From: a virus
Taxonomy: Duplodnaviria; Heunggongvirae; Uroviricota; Caudoviricetes
Virus record (IMG/VR): IMGVR_UViG_2645727539_000014
Coordinates: 1 to 13,444 of that record
Length of the DNA: 13,444 nt
Reading direction: 5' to 3' (one strand)
The notes under the pieces were generated by a model that saw only the letters and a list, made by a program, of their open reading frames with translations, was not told the DNA's origin and did no database searches. Shown here piece by piece: positions 1-8,851 of the stretch. Numbering within the stretch: position 1 is the first letter of the stretch; every line of letters starts with the position of its first letter. The translations under genes were made by a program, and so were the position numbers.

Positions 1-1007
<1,007 letters not shown>

Positions 1008-1011
<4 letters not shown>

Positions 1012-1454
1012 TCGAAACCCTGCTGGATTTTTCGGGGCTGGAGGACATCAGCCGCGATTTGCAGCTTCTGAGTGGTGCGGAAAACAACCGGGTGTTGCGT
1101 GAGGCAACCCGCGCGGGGGCGAATGAACTGAAAGACGAAGTGGTGTCACGGGCACCGGTGCGCAGGGGAAAACTGCGCCGCAATGTGGTGGTCCTTTCCC
1201 GGCGTTCCCGCGATGGCGGGATGGAATCCGGTGTGCATATCCGTGGTGTTAATCCGGACACCGGCAACAGTGATAACACCATGAAGGCGGATAATCCCCG
1301 CAATGCCTTCTACTGGCGGTTTGTGGAAATGGGTACAGTGAATATGCCACCGCACCCGTTTGTGCGCCCGGCGTTTGATGTGCGCAGTGAACAGGCCGCC
1401 CGGGTGGCGATTGCGCGGATGAACCGGGCCATTGATGAGGTACTGAGACGATGA
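1008..1454 (+). CDS. HK97 gp10-like tail component (head-tail connector/neck protein)
   Basis: 148-aa ORF with strong RBS GGGAGGGG and ATGA overlap at both ends. The sequence (MIETLLDFSGLEDISRDL...NAFYWRFVEMGTVNMPPHPFVRPAF) resembles the HK97 gp10 family as recalled. Confidence 0.65.
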
Positions 1455-1795
1455 CGGAGGCAGATTTGTACCCACATCTGGCGCATCTTGCCGGCGGGCA
1501 GGTGTACCCGTATGTGGTCCCCCTGCTGGATGGCAGACCCTCTGTATCGTTACCGTGGGTGGTTTTCAGCCTGATTTCATCGGTATCTGCGGACGTGATG
1601 GGGGGGCAGGCAGAGTCATCGGTGTCGGTGCAGATTGACGTCTATGCGGTGACGCTCACACAGGCGCGTCAGATACGTCAGCAGGCCCGTGAGTCCATAA
1701 TGGCGCTGGCCCCGGAATCGGTCAGTGAAATGCAGAGCTATATTCCGGAAAACCGCTGTTACCGTGCAACCCTGGAGTTTCAGGTCACGGTGTGA
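1451..1795 (+). CDS. Tail completion/terminator-like protein (DUF3168-like) upstream of the major tail protein
   Basis: 114-aa ORF coupled to the upstream gene by an ATGA overlap, in the position conserved for the tail terminator/completion protein of siphovirus tail modules. Confidence 0.55.
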   Translation: MTEADLYPHLAHLAGGQVYPYVVPLLDGRPSVSLPWVVFSLISSVSADVMGGQAESSVSVQIDVYAVTLTQARQIRQQARESIMALAPESVSEMQSYIPENRCYRATLEFQVTV

Positions 1796-1824
1796 CGTTT
1801 TTCTTTTTTCTACAAAACCCATAC

Positions 1825-1846
1825 CCCGCCGCGTGCGGGTTTTTTA
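1825..1846 (+). terminator. Short GC hairpin plus T-run (intrinsic terminator/attenuator) between the tail-completion gene and the major tail gene
   Basis: CCCGC-CGCGT-GCGGG followed by TTTTTTATTAT, immediately upstream of the AGGAGG RBS of the major tail gene. Confidence 0.4.
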
Positions 1847-1861
1847 TTATCAGGAGGCAGA

Positions 1862-2575
1862 ATGTCTGCTTTGTATGAACGCTCACAGCTGACGCAGGTG
1901 ATGATTTCATCTACCCCGGCGACTGCTGAAACTATGGAGAAGGCGGAATATCTGCGTCTGGACTGTACCATCAAGGAGGTTCAGTTCACCGCCGGCCAGA
2001 AACAGGATATTGATGTGACCACGCTCTGCTCCACGGAGCAGGAGAACATCAACGGTCTGGGGGCGTCGTCCGAGATTTCCATGTCAGGCAACTTTTTTCT
2101 TAATCAGGCCCAGAACGCCCTGCGTGATGCCTATGATAATGACACGGTGTATGCGTTTAAGGTGCAGTTTCCGTCCGGTAAGGGCTTTAAGTTCCTGGCG
2201 GAAGTGCGTCAGCACACCTGGTCATCCGGTACCAACGGCGTGGTGGCTGCAACGTTCTCACTGCGTCTGAAAGGCAAACCGGTGTCCTATGTGGTACCGC
2301 TGGCGTTTGTGAAAAATCTGGATAAGACACTTACCGTGAATACCGGTGCGCTGCTGACAATGTCAGTCAGTGTCAACGGGGGAACGCCGCCTTATAAATA
2401 CGCCTGGAAGAAGGATGGTCAGCCGGTAGAGGGACAGACTACTGACACTTTCAGTAAAGCCAATACGCAGTCAGGTGATAAGGGGGCTTATACCTGCGAG
2501 GTAACGGATTCTGCAGAACAGCCGCAGAGCATTACCTCTGATGCGAGTACAGTAACGGTTAATGGTGCGGGCTGA
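1862..2575 (+). CDS. Major tail (tube) protein with C-terminal Ig-like domain
   Basis: 237-aa ORF with AGGAGG RBS 7 nt upstream, located before the chaperone pair. The C-terminal ~80 aa carry an Ig-like signature (PPYKYAWKKDGQPV...GDKGAYTCEVTD). Confidence 0.8.
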   Translation: MSALYERSQLTQVMISSTPATAETMEKAEYLRLDCTIKEVQFTAGQKQDIDVTTLCSTEQENINGLGASSEISMSGNFFLNQAQNALRDAYDNDTVYAFKVQFPSGKGFKFLAEVRQHTWSSGTNGVVAATFSLRLKGKPVSYVVPLAFVKNLDKTLTVNTGALLTMSVSVNGGTPPYKYAWKKDGQPVEGQTTDTFSKANTQSGDKGAYTCEVTDSAEQPQSITSDASTVTVNGAG

Positions 2576-2583
2576 TAAGGCTT

Positions 2584-2958
2584 ATGGCAAAAGATCTGAA
2601 AACACTGGCGCTGGCCAGACTGTCGGGGTTCCGTCATAAAACGGTGAAGGTGCCGGAATGGGGAAATGTCAGCGTGGTGCTGCGGGAGCCTTCGGCAGAG
2701 GCCTGGTATCTGTGGCAGGACGTGCTCAATGGTGATGGAGAGGATGACGATACCCTGTCGGTGGTGGCGAAAACCCGCCGTAACCTGGAAGCGGATGTGA
2801 CGCTGTTCTGCGATGTCCTGTGTGATACGGACCTGAAGCGGGTGTTCACTCCGGACGACCGTGAGCAGGTGCTGGCCGTCTATGGTCCGGTACATGCCCG
2901 GTTGCTGCGTCAGGCACTGGAACTGATCGCTGATGCAGAGTCGGCCAGAAAAAAGTAG
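2584..2958 (+). CDS. Tail assembly chaperone (lambda G-like)
   Basis: 124-aa acidic ORF directly upstream of the tape measure region, ending ...ESARKK with the slippery AAAAAAG in its last codons. Confidence 0.75.
   Translation: MAKDLKTLALARLSGFRHKTVKVPEWGNVSVVLREPSAEAWYLWQDVLNGDGEDDDTLSVVAKTRRNLEADVTLFCDVLCDTDLKRVFTPDDREQVLAVYGPVHARLLRQALELIADAESARKK
2949..2955 (+). other. Programmed -1 frameshift heptamer A_AAA_AAG producing the G-T fusion chaperone
   Basis: G frame reads AGA AAA AAG TAG. The -1 frame continues GTA GCC CGC CCG GAA ATT CGT TTT CTG ATG... into the 2982-3263 ORF. The frame arithmetic fits (2584 is 1 mod 3, 2982 is 0 mod 3). Confidence 0.7.
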
Positions 2959-3263
2959 CCCGCCCGGAAATTCGTTTTCTGATGCGACTTGCGCTCCGTC
3001 TGGGGCGCACCTTATCCGAACTGCGCCACAGCCTGAGTGCGAGCGAGGCGATGATGTGGATGGAGTTCGACAGGGTATCCCCGCTGGGTGATGAGCGCGG
3101 GGATATCCGTAATGCGCAGATCGTGAAAGCGGTTTTCGGGGCGCAGGGGATGAATGTTGCACTGAAGGACGCCATGCTCTGCTGGGGAGAGGATGAGGAT
3201 AAGCCGGAGGTGGATCCTTTTGCGGCTCTGGAAGATGCACTGTCATTCGCCGCAAAAAATTAA
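2955..3263 (+). CDS. T-like segment of the tail assembly chaperone, expressed as a G-T fusion via -1 frameshift
   Basis: Open in the -1 frame relative to G from the slippery site to the stop at 3261-3263. Same arrangement as lambda G/GT. Confidence 0.65.
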   Translation, partial: VARPEIRFLMRLALRLGRTLSELRHSLSASEAMMWMEFDRVSPLGDERGDIRNAQIVKAVFGAQGMNVALKDAMLCWGEDEDKPEVDPFAALEDALSFAAKN

Positions 3264-3326
3264 TATTGATTCCTTGTGGATTTATTAAAGTAACGTCGGA
3301 GGAAATTAACTGAACGGAGTCATTTT

Positions 3327-3740
3327 ATGAAAAAACTCATGCCGTTGATTTTCTCAGCAGTTTTTTTTCTGACGGGGTGTGCAACCATTGTCGGAGATAA
3401 AACGCAGACTGTTCAGGTAAACAGTAATCCAGCTGGCGCGGATTTTATTATTAAAGATGAGTCAGGGAAAACAATTTCTTCGGGCAAAACACCGCAGAAT
3501 GTAACACTTGAAAAATCTGACGGCAGTTACTTCGGGAAAAAGAGTTATCAGATCACATTCAGCAAAGAGAATTATCAGCCTGTAACGCTGCCGATCAAGG
3601 CATCGGCTAATGGATGGTACATTGGTGGTAACTTTGTCTTTGGCGGTATTGTTGGCTGGTTGCTTGTGGACCCATTCAATGGCGGTATGTATACGCTGAG
3701 TCCGGAAAGTCTGAACCCCGGACTGGTACCTGAAAGTTAA
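3327..3740 (+). CDS. Lipoprotein (moron) with PEGA-like beta-sandwich motif and Gly-rich hydrophobic C-terminal segment
   Basis: MKKLMPLIFSAVFFLTGC has a signal peptide and lipobox LTGC; Ala at +2 predicts outer-membrane sorting. The NPAGADFIIKDESGKTISSGKTPQNVTL...YQITFSKENYQPVT stretch is PEGA-like. The gene is AT-rich against GC-rich flanks and has GGAG 9 nt upstream of the ATG. Confidence 0.8.
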   Translation: MKKLMPLIFSAVFFLTGCATIVGDKTQTVQVNSNPAGADFIIKDESGKTISSGKTPQNVTLEKSDGSYFGKKSYQITFSKENYQPVTLPIKASANGWYIGGNFVFGGIVGWLLVDPFNGGMYTLSPESLNPGLVPES

Positions 3741-3760
3741 TCAATAATATGCTGATGAAT

Positions 3761-3788
3761 AAAACCTGCTTTGGCAGGTTTTTTTTCG
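3761..3788 (+). terminator. Rho-independent terminator downstream of the lipoprotein gene
   Basis: AAAACCTGC-TTTG-GCAGGTTTTTTTT: a 6-9 bp stem, 4-nt loop and T-run. It is flanked by A- and T-tracts, so it may act in both directions. Confidence 0.75.
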
Positions 3789-3803
3789 CCCGGAGAAAGG
3801 TTA

Positions 3804-6800
3804 ATGGCGACGTTACGTGAACTGATTATCAAAATTTCGGCAAATTCACAGTCATTCCAGTCGGAGATCCAGCGGGCTTCCCGCATGGGCAGTGAATATT
3901 ACCGGACCCTGCAGAATGGCGGGCGTCAGGCTGCCGCAGCAGCCAGGGAGCAGCGACGCGCCCTGGCAGAACTGAACAGCCAGTTGACGGACATTCGCGG
4001 TTCTGCTGTCGGAATGGCTGGCGCATTTGCCGGTGCCTTTGCCACCGGACACCTGATTTCACTGGCTGATGAGTGGAGTTCCGTGAATGCCCGTCTGAAA
4101 CAGGCGTCGCAGTCATCTGATGAATTTTCGTCATCACAGAAAGTGCTGATGGATATCAGCCAGCGGACAGGCACGGCATTTTCGGATAATGCGGCCCTGT
4201 TTGCCCGTTCGGCTGCCTCGATGCGTGAATATGGTTACAGTGCTGATGATGTGCTGAAGGTGACGGAGGCCATTTCGACAGGGCTGAAAATATCCGGTGC
4301 CAGTACGGCAGAGGCGGGTTCGGTGATCACCCAGTTCAGCCAGGCGCTGGCACAGGGTGTGTTGCGCGGTGAGGAATTTAATTCGGTCAATGAAAGTGGG
4401 GACCGGATCATTCGCGCACTGGCTGCAGGCATGGGCGTGGCCCGTAAAGATCTGAAGGCGATGGCGGACGATGGTCAACTGACGGCGGATAAAGTTGTGC
4501 CCGCGTTAATCAGCCAGTTGGGGGTATTGCGTGATGAATATGCTGCCATGCCGGAAACAGTCTCTGACGGGATCACAAAGGTGGAAAACGCCTTTATGGC
4601 CTGGGTGGGGGGCGCGAATGAAGCCAGCGGAGCGACGAAAACGCTCTCCGGTGTGCTGAACGGTGTTGCCGGTAATATTGATGCAGTGGCAACAGCAGCG
4701 GGGGCGCTGCTTACCGTCGGGGTGGCCCGGTACTTTGGCAATATGGTCGCAGGCGTGGGAAAGGCCACCACAGAGCTGATCGCGGCGAAGTCCGGGACGG
4801 TTGCCCTGGCAGCCGCACAGGCAGATGCGGCTGTTCAGGTGCAGCGTAAGGCGGCAGCTGACGCGCTGGCGGCCGAACGCGCCTGGCAACTGGCACAGGC
4901 TGAACTTGCACTTGCCAGAAATAGCAGTGCGGAGGCGCTGGCCACACAGAATGCCGTCGCAAAACGCCGGGCCATGATTGTGGCCAATGCTGAACTTGTG
5001 CAGTCGAATCAGGCAGTGGCGGCCTCGAGGAAGGCGCTGGAGAATGCCACGTCGGTTACAGGGATGCTGAAAAGTGGAGCTGCATCCCTGCTTTCTCTGG
5101 TCGGCGGGATACCCGGCTTACTGATGCTCGGGGCCGGTGCCTGGTACACGGTGTACCAGAATCAGGAACAGGCCAGGGAGTCTGCCCGTCAGTATGCATC
5201 GACGATTGATGAAATCCGGGCAAAGGTACCGGGAATGACCCTTCCTGAACTGGCTGATAATGAGGGTAAAACCCGCGAGGCACTGGAAGAGCAGAATCGT
5301 CTGATTGCTGAGCAGGAAAGTAAAGTCCGTGGACTGAAAACACAGATTGCTGACTATCAGCGCTGGCTGCAGGAAAATCCACAGGGTGGTTCAGGTGTGG
5401 AGATTATAACCCACGGCCTTGCGGAGGCAACTGGCAAACTGGCGGTTGAACAGTCACGACTGACACAGATGCAGGAAAAGGCGAAGTCTGTACAGGAAGC
5501 TCTGGCGTCACTGGAATACAACCGTGTGGCGAGGATACGCGAGGAGGCAGCAGAGCAGAACATAGCATACCAGGCATTGCTGCAGATGAATGTTCAGCAT
5601 ACGGAGTTCAACCGTTTGCTGGGGCTGGGGAATGAACTGCTTCAGCAGCGGCAGGGACTGGTGAATGTGCCGTTACGGCTGCCACAGGCCACCCTGGATG
5701 ATAAACAGCAGAGTGCCCTGACAAAAACAGAGCGTGAGCTGGCTCTGTCCAGACTGAAAGGGGAAGAAAAAGAGCGTGTCCGGCTGGGATATGCGGCGGA
5801 TGACCTCGGTTTTGTGGGGGATCCGTATCAGGAGGCGAGACAGCGTTATATCAGTAATGCCCTGGAAGCCTGGCGCAATAACGAGGAGAATAAACCCAAA
5901 TCACGGGGTGGAAAATCAGAGACGGAAAAAGCGGAAGGCAGTTTTTCCCGGCTGCTTAAGCAGCAGAAGGAGCAACTGGCACTGGCCGGTCAGAACACGG
6001 AGCTGGCGAAGCTGAAGTACCAGACAGCGCTGGGTGAGCTGAAAATCCTGACGGAGATACAGAAGCAGGAACTGCTGCGCAATGCGGCCCTGATTGACCA
6101 GCAAAAAATCCGGGAACAGTTGCGATCCCGGGAAGAGACCCTGAAAAATGATAATGCAGACGCAAGGGTATCAAATGAAGCCGAACTGCTGGGGTACGGG
6201 CAGGGGGAACGCGCCAGGGAACGCATGCGGGAGTTGCAGCAGATCCGCGACAGCTTCCGGCAAAAGGATTCGGACCTTCAGTCTCAGTATCAGACCGGGG
6301 ATATCAGTGAGGATTTTTACAGACAGGCTCTGGCACAGAATGCGCAGTATCTGAGTGAACGCCTTAAAGACCAGGAAACTTTTTATGCCGAATCGGATGC
6401 GCAACGCGCGGACTGGCAGAAAGGGTTACAGGAGGGGCTCAGTAACTGGGTGGATAATGCGTCCGATTACGCCTCACAGGCAGCACAGCTGGCGACAGAG
6501 GGGATCTCAGGACTGGTGAATAACATCACGGAGATGCTGAACGGGAACAAAGTGGAATGGCGCAGCTGGGCCTCGTCAATCCTGCAGGAAATATCAAAAG
6601 TCCTTATGAATGCCGCGATTGTCAACGGGATCAAGACGGCGGCAAACAGCATGTCCGGAGCGGGAGGATTTCTCGGCAGCATTGGTGACTGGCTTGGCGG
6701 GGCGGTGGCCAATGCAAAAGGCGGCGTGTATACCTCGGCAAACCTGAGTGCGTACAGCAACAGTATTGTGGACACGCCGACGTATTTTGCGTTTGCTAAA

Positions 6801-7070
6801 GGTGCCGGACTGATGGGGGAGGCCGGACCTGAAGCCATTATGCCACTGACCCGGGCGGCGGATGGCTCGCTGGGAGTACGCGCGGTGGGAAGTATGAACG
6901 GCAGTGCCGGTCTGGTGTATTCCCCGGTCTACCACATCGCCATTCAGAATGACGGGGTTAACGGACAGATAGGACCGGAGGCGGCAGGCAGTCTTGTGCA
7001 GCTGATTGACCAGCGGGTGCAGGCGGTGATGCTGTCCATGCGACGTGACGGGGGAATGTTGAGTGGCTGA
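3804..7070 (+). CDS. H: Tail tape measure protein (lambda H-like)
   Basis: About 1088 aa from ATG 3804 with RBS GAGAAAGG; the ORF-track start at 3771 is a TTG inside the terminator. It has a long Ala/Gln-rich coiled-coil centre, and its C-terminal region (...TPTYFAFAKGAGLMGEAGPEAIMPLTRAADGSLGVRAVG...) resembles the lambda H C-terminus as recalled. Confidence 0.9.
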   Translation: MATLRELIIKISANSQSFQSEIQRASRMGSEYYRTLQNGGRQAAAAAREQRRALAELNSQLTDIRGSAVGMAGAFAGAFATGHLISLADEWSSVNARLKQASQSSDEFSSSQKVLMDISQRTGTAFSDNAALFARSAASMREYGYSADDVLKVTEAISTGLKISGASTAEAGSVITQFSQALAQGVLRGEEFNSVNESGDRIIRALAAGMGVARKDLKAMADDGQLTADKVVPALISQLGVLRDEYAAMPETVSDGITKVENAFMAWVGGANEASGATKTLSGVLNGVAGNIDAVATAAGALLTVGVARYFGNMVAGVGKATTELIAAKSGTVALAAAQADAAVQVQRKAAADALAAERAWQLAQAELALARNSSAEALATQNAVAKRRAMIVANAELVQSNQAVAASRKALENATSVTGMLKSGAASLLSLVGGIPGLLMLGAGAWYTVYQNQEQARESARQYASTIDEIRAKVPGMTLPELADNEGKTREALEEQNRLIAEQESKVRGLKTQIADYQRWLQENPQGGSGVEIITHGLAEATGKLAVEQSRLTQMQEKAKSVQEALASLEYNRVARIREEAAEQNIAYQALLQMNVQHTEFNRLLGLGNELLQQRQGLVNVPLRLPQATLDDKQQSALTKTERELALSRLKGEEKERVRLGYAADDLGFVGDPYQEARQRYISNALEAWRNNEENKPKSRGGKSETEKAEGSFSRLLKQQKEQLALAGQNTELAKLKYQTALGELKILTEIQKQELLRNAALIDQQKIREQLRSREETLKNDNADARVSNEAELLGYGQGERARERMRELQQIRDSFRQKDSDLQSQYQTGDISEDFYRQALAQNAQYLSERLKDQETFYAESDAQRADWQKGLQEGLSNWVDNASDYASQAAQLATEGISGLVNNITEMLNGNKVEWRSWASSILQEISKVLMNAAIVNGIKTAANSMSGAGGFLGSIGDWLGGAVANAKGGVYTSANLSAYSNSIVDTPTYFAFAKGAGLMGEAGPEAIMPLTRAADGSLGVRAVGSMNGSAGLVYSPVYHIAIQNDGVNGQIGPEAAGSLVQLIDQRVQAVMLSMRRDGGMLSG

Positions 7071-7404
7071 GATAAAAACGCTGCATCTGGTCCCGCGTGA
7101 AGGGATGCAGGTGAGTGAAAAACCGTCGGTGGCGAGGGTACGGTTTGGTGACGGTTATGAACAGCGTCGGCCGACGGGCCTGAATGCCCAACTGAAGACG
7201 TTTCAGGCGGTGTTTCGGGTGACGGATGAACCAACCCGGCGCTGGCTGGATGAATTTTTATCGTGGCATGGTGGTTACCGTGCTTTTTTGTGGCGACCGC
7301 CGAAACATAACCGAACGGTAAAGGTTGTGTGCCGTGAATGGAGCGTTACGGATAATGCCCGGTACAGTGATTTCAGCTGTACGATTGAGCAGGTGGTGAA
7401 CTGA
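7063..7404 (+). CDS. M: Minor tail protein M
   Basis: Translation ...PSVARVRFGDGYEQRRPTGLNAQLKT...FLWRPP...EQVVN matches lambda gpM as recalled. The start is probably GTG 7063, overlapping the tape measure stop; ATG 7105 is the alternative. Confidence 0.85.
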   Translation: MAEIKTLHLVPREGMQVSEKPSVARVRFGDGYEQRRPTGLNAQLKTFQAVFRVTDEPTRRWLDEFLSWHGGYRAFLWRPPKHNRTVKVVCREWSVTDNARYSDFSCTIEQVVN

Positions 7405-8102
7405 TGCAGGATATTCATGAAGAAAGCCTGAACGAGTCGGTTAAAGCGGAGCAGTCTCCGCGGGTGGTGCTCTGGGAAATCGACCTGACGGTGCAGGGCG
7501 GTGAGCGGTATTTTTTCTGTAATGAACTGAATGAGAAAGGGGAGCCGGTCACCTGGCAGGGGCGGGAATATCAGGCATACCCGATTGAGGGCAGCGGTTT
7601 TGAGATGAACGGGAAGGGCAGCAGTGCCAGACCGTCGCTGACGGTGTCCAATCTGTTCGGTCTTGTCACCGGTATGGCGGAGGACCTGCAGAGTCTGGTG
7701 GGGGCCACGGTAGTCCGCCGTCGGGTGTATGCGCGTTTTCTGGATGCGGTGAACTTTGTGGCAGGCAATCCTGAGGCAGACCCGGAGCAGGAGCTGACGG
7801 ACCGGTGGGTGGTGGAGCAGATGTCAGAGCTGACGGCCATGACGGCCTCGTTTGTGCTGGCCACGCCGACGGAGACGGACGGGGCGCTGTTTCCCGGTCG
7901 CATTATGCTGGCGAACACCTGTATGTGGACCTACCGCTCTGATGAGTGTGGTTACACGGGTGGGGCAGTGGCGGATGAGTATGACCAGCCGACGCCCGAT
8001 ATCACAAAGGACAAATGCAGCAAGTGTCTGCGCGGGTGTGAGATGCGCAACAATGTCGGCAATTTTGGCGGTTTCCTTTCCATTAATAAACTTTCGCAGT
8101 AA
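7404..8102 (+). CDS. L: Minor tail protein L (tail tip complex)
   Basis: MQDIHEESLNE...VVLWEIDLT...GGERYFFCNE...GNFGGFLSINKLSQ closely matches lambda gpL as recalled. The ATG overlaps the M stop (TGATG). Confidence 0.9.
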   Translation: MQDIHEESLNESVKAEQSPRVVLWEIDLTVQGGERYFFCNELNEKGEPVTWQGREYQAYPIEGSGFEMNGKGSSARPSLTVSNLFGLVTGMAEDLQSLVGATVVRRRVYARFLDAVNFVAGNPEADPEQELTDRWVVEQMSELTAMTASFVLATPTETDGALFPGRIMLANTCMWTYRSDECGYTGGAVADEYDQPTPDITKDKCSKCLRGCEMRNNVGNFGGFLSINKLSQ

Positions 8103-8107
8103 ATCCA

Positions 8108-8851
8108 ATGACACAGACAGAATCAGCGATTCTGGCGCATGCCCGGCGGTGTGCGCCTGCGGAGTCGTGCGGCTTTGTGGTGAGAACGCCGGAGGGGGAG
8201 CGCTATATCCCTTGTGTGAATATCTCTGCAGAGCCGGAGGCGTATTTTCGTATTGCACCGGAAGACTGGCTGCGGGCAGAGATGCAGGGGGAGATTGTGG
8301 CACTGGTCCACAGTCATCCCGGTGGTCTGCCCTGGCTGAGCGAGGCAGACCGGCGACTGCAGATAAAAAGCGCACTGCCCTGGTGGCTGGTCTGCCGGGG
8401 TGACATTCACAAATTCCGCTGTGTGCCGCACCTGACCGGACGGCGCTTTGAGCACGGGGTGACGGACTGTTACACGCTGTTCCGGGATGCATACCATCTG
8501 GCGGGAATTGATATGCCGGATTTTGAGCGTGAGGATGACTGGTGGCGTAACGGTCAGAACCTTTACCTGGACAATATGGCGGTCACCGGCTTTTACCGGG
8601 TGCCCCTGTCCTCTGCACAGGCGGGCGATATCCTGCTGTGCTGCTTTGGCGCATCGGTGGCCAATCATGCCGCCATTTACTGCGGCAACGGTGAGCTGCT
8701 TCACCATCTGCCTGAACAACTGAGTAAACGGGAGAGGTATTCCGAAAAATGGCAACGACGAACGCATTCAGCCTGGCGTCACCGCCACTGGCACGTATCT
8801 GCCTTCACGGGGATTTACAACGATTTGGCCGCCGCCTCAGCCTGTATGTGA
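8108..8851 (+). CDS. K: Tail assembly protein K (MPN/JAMM plus NlpC/P60-like domains)
   Basis: The N-terminus MTQTESAILAHARRCAPAESCGFVV and the HSHPGGLPWLSEAD JAMM-like motif are lambda K-like, followed by a Cys/His NlpC/P60-like region. The ORF overlaps the I start by 103 nt. Confidence 0.85.
   Translation: MTQTESAILAHARRCAPAESCGFVVRTPEGERYIPCVNISAEPEAYFRIAPEDWLRAEMQGEIVALVHSHPGGLPWLSEADRRLQIKSALPWWLVCRGDIHKFRCVPHLTGRRFEHGVTDCYTLFRDAYHLAGIDMPDFEREDDWWRNGQNLYLDNMAVTGFYRVPLSSAQAGDILLCCFGASVANHAAIYCGNGELLHHLPEQLSKRERYSEKWQRRTHSAWRHRHWHVSAFTGIYNDLAAASACM

Noticed and set aside
2488-3255. 255-aa minus-strand ORF antisense to the G/T chaperone genes
   Set aside because: Pro/Arg/Ser-rich low-complexity translation typical of a shadow ORF in GC-rich coding DNA. 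It fully overlaps well-supported plus-strand genes and has no start context.
3260-3294. Candidate sigma70 promoter for the lipoprotein moron (TTAATA, 17 nt, TATTAA)
   Set aside because: Both hexamers match only 4 of 6 consensus positions, so it is not listed as a feature. It is mentioned in the finding as a hypothesis.
3771-3803. TTG start at 3771 for the tape measure protein (ORF-track coordinate)
   Set aside because: The TTG lies inside the upstream terminator hairpin. ATG 3804 with RBS GAGAAAGG is a much better initiation site.
3829-6935. Numerous 60-130 aa ORFs on both strands inside the tape measure gene
   Set aside because: All are nested in the long tape measure ORF, which is supported by its coiled-coil composition and lambda H-like C-terminus. 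They are typical alternative-frame ORFs of GC-rich DNA.
7824-8492. 222-aa minus-strand ORF and 183-aa alternative-frame plus ORF (7852-8403) within L/K
   Set aside because: Both overlap the lambda L/K homologues, which have strong recalled sequence matches. Their translations are Arg/Pro/Ala-rich with no recognisable motifs.
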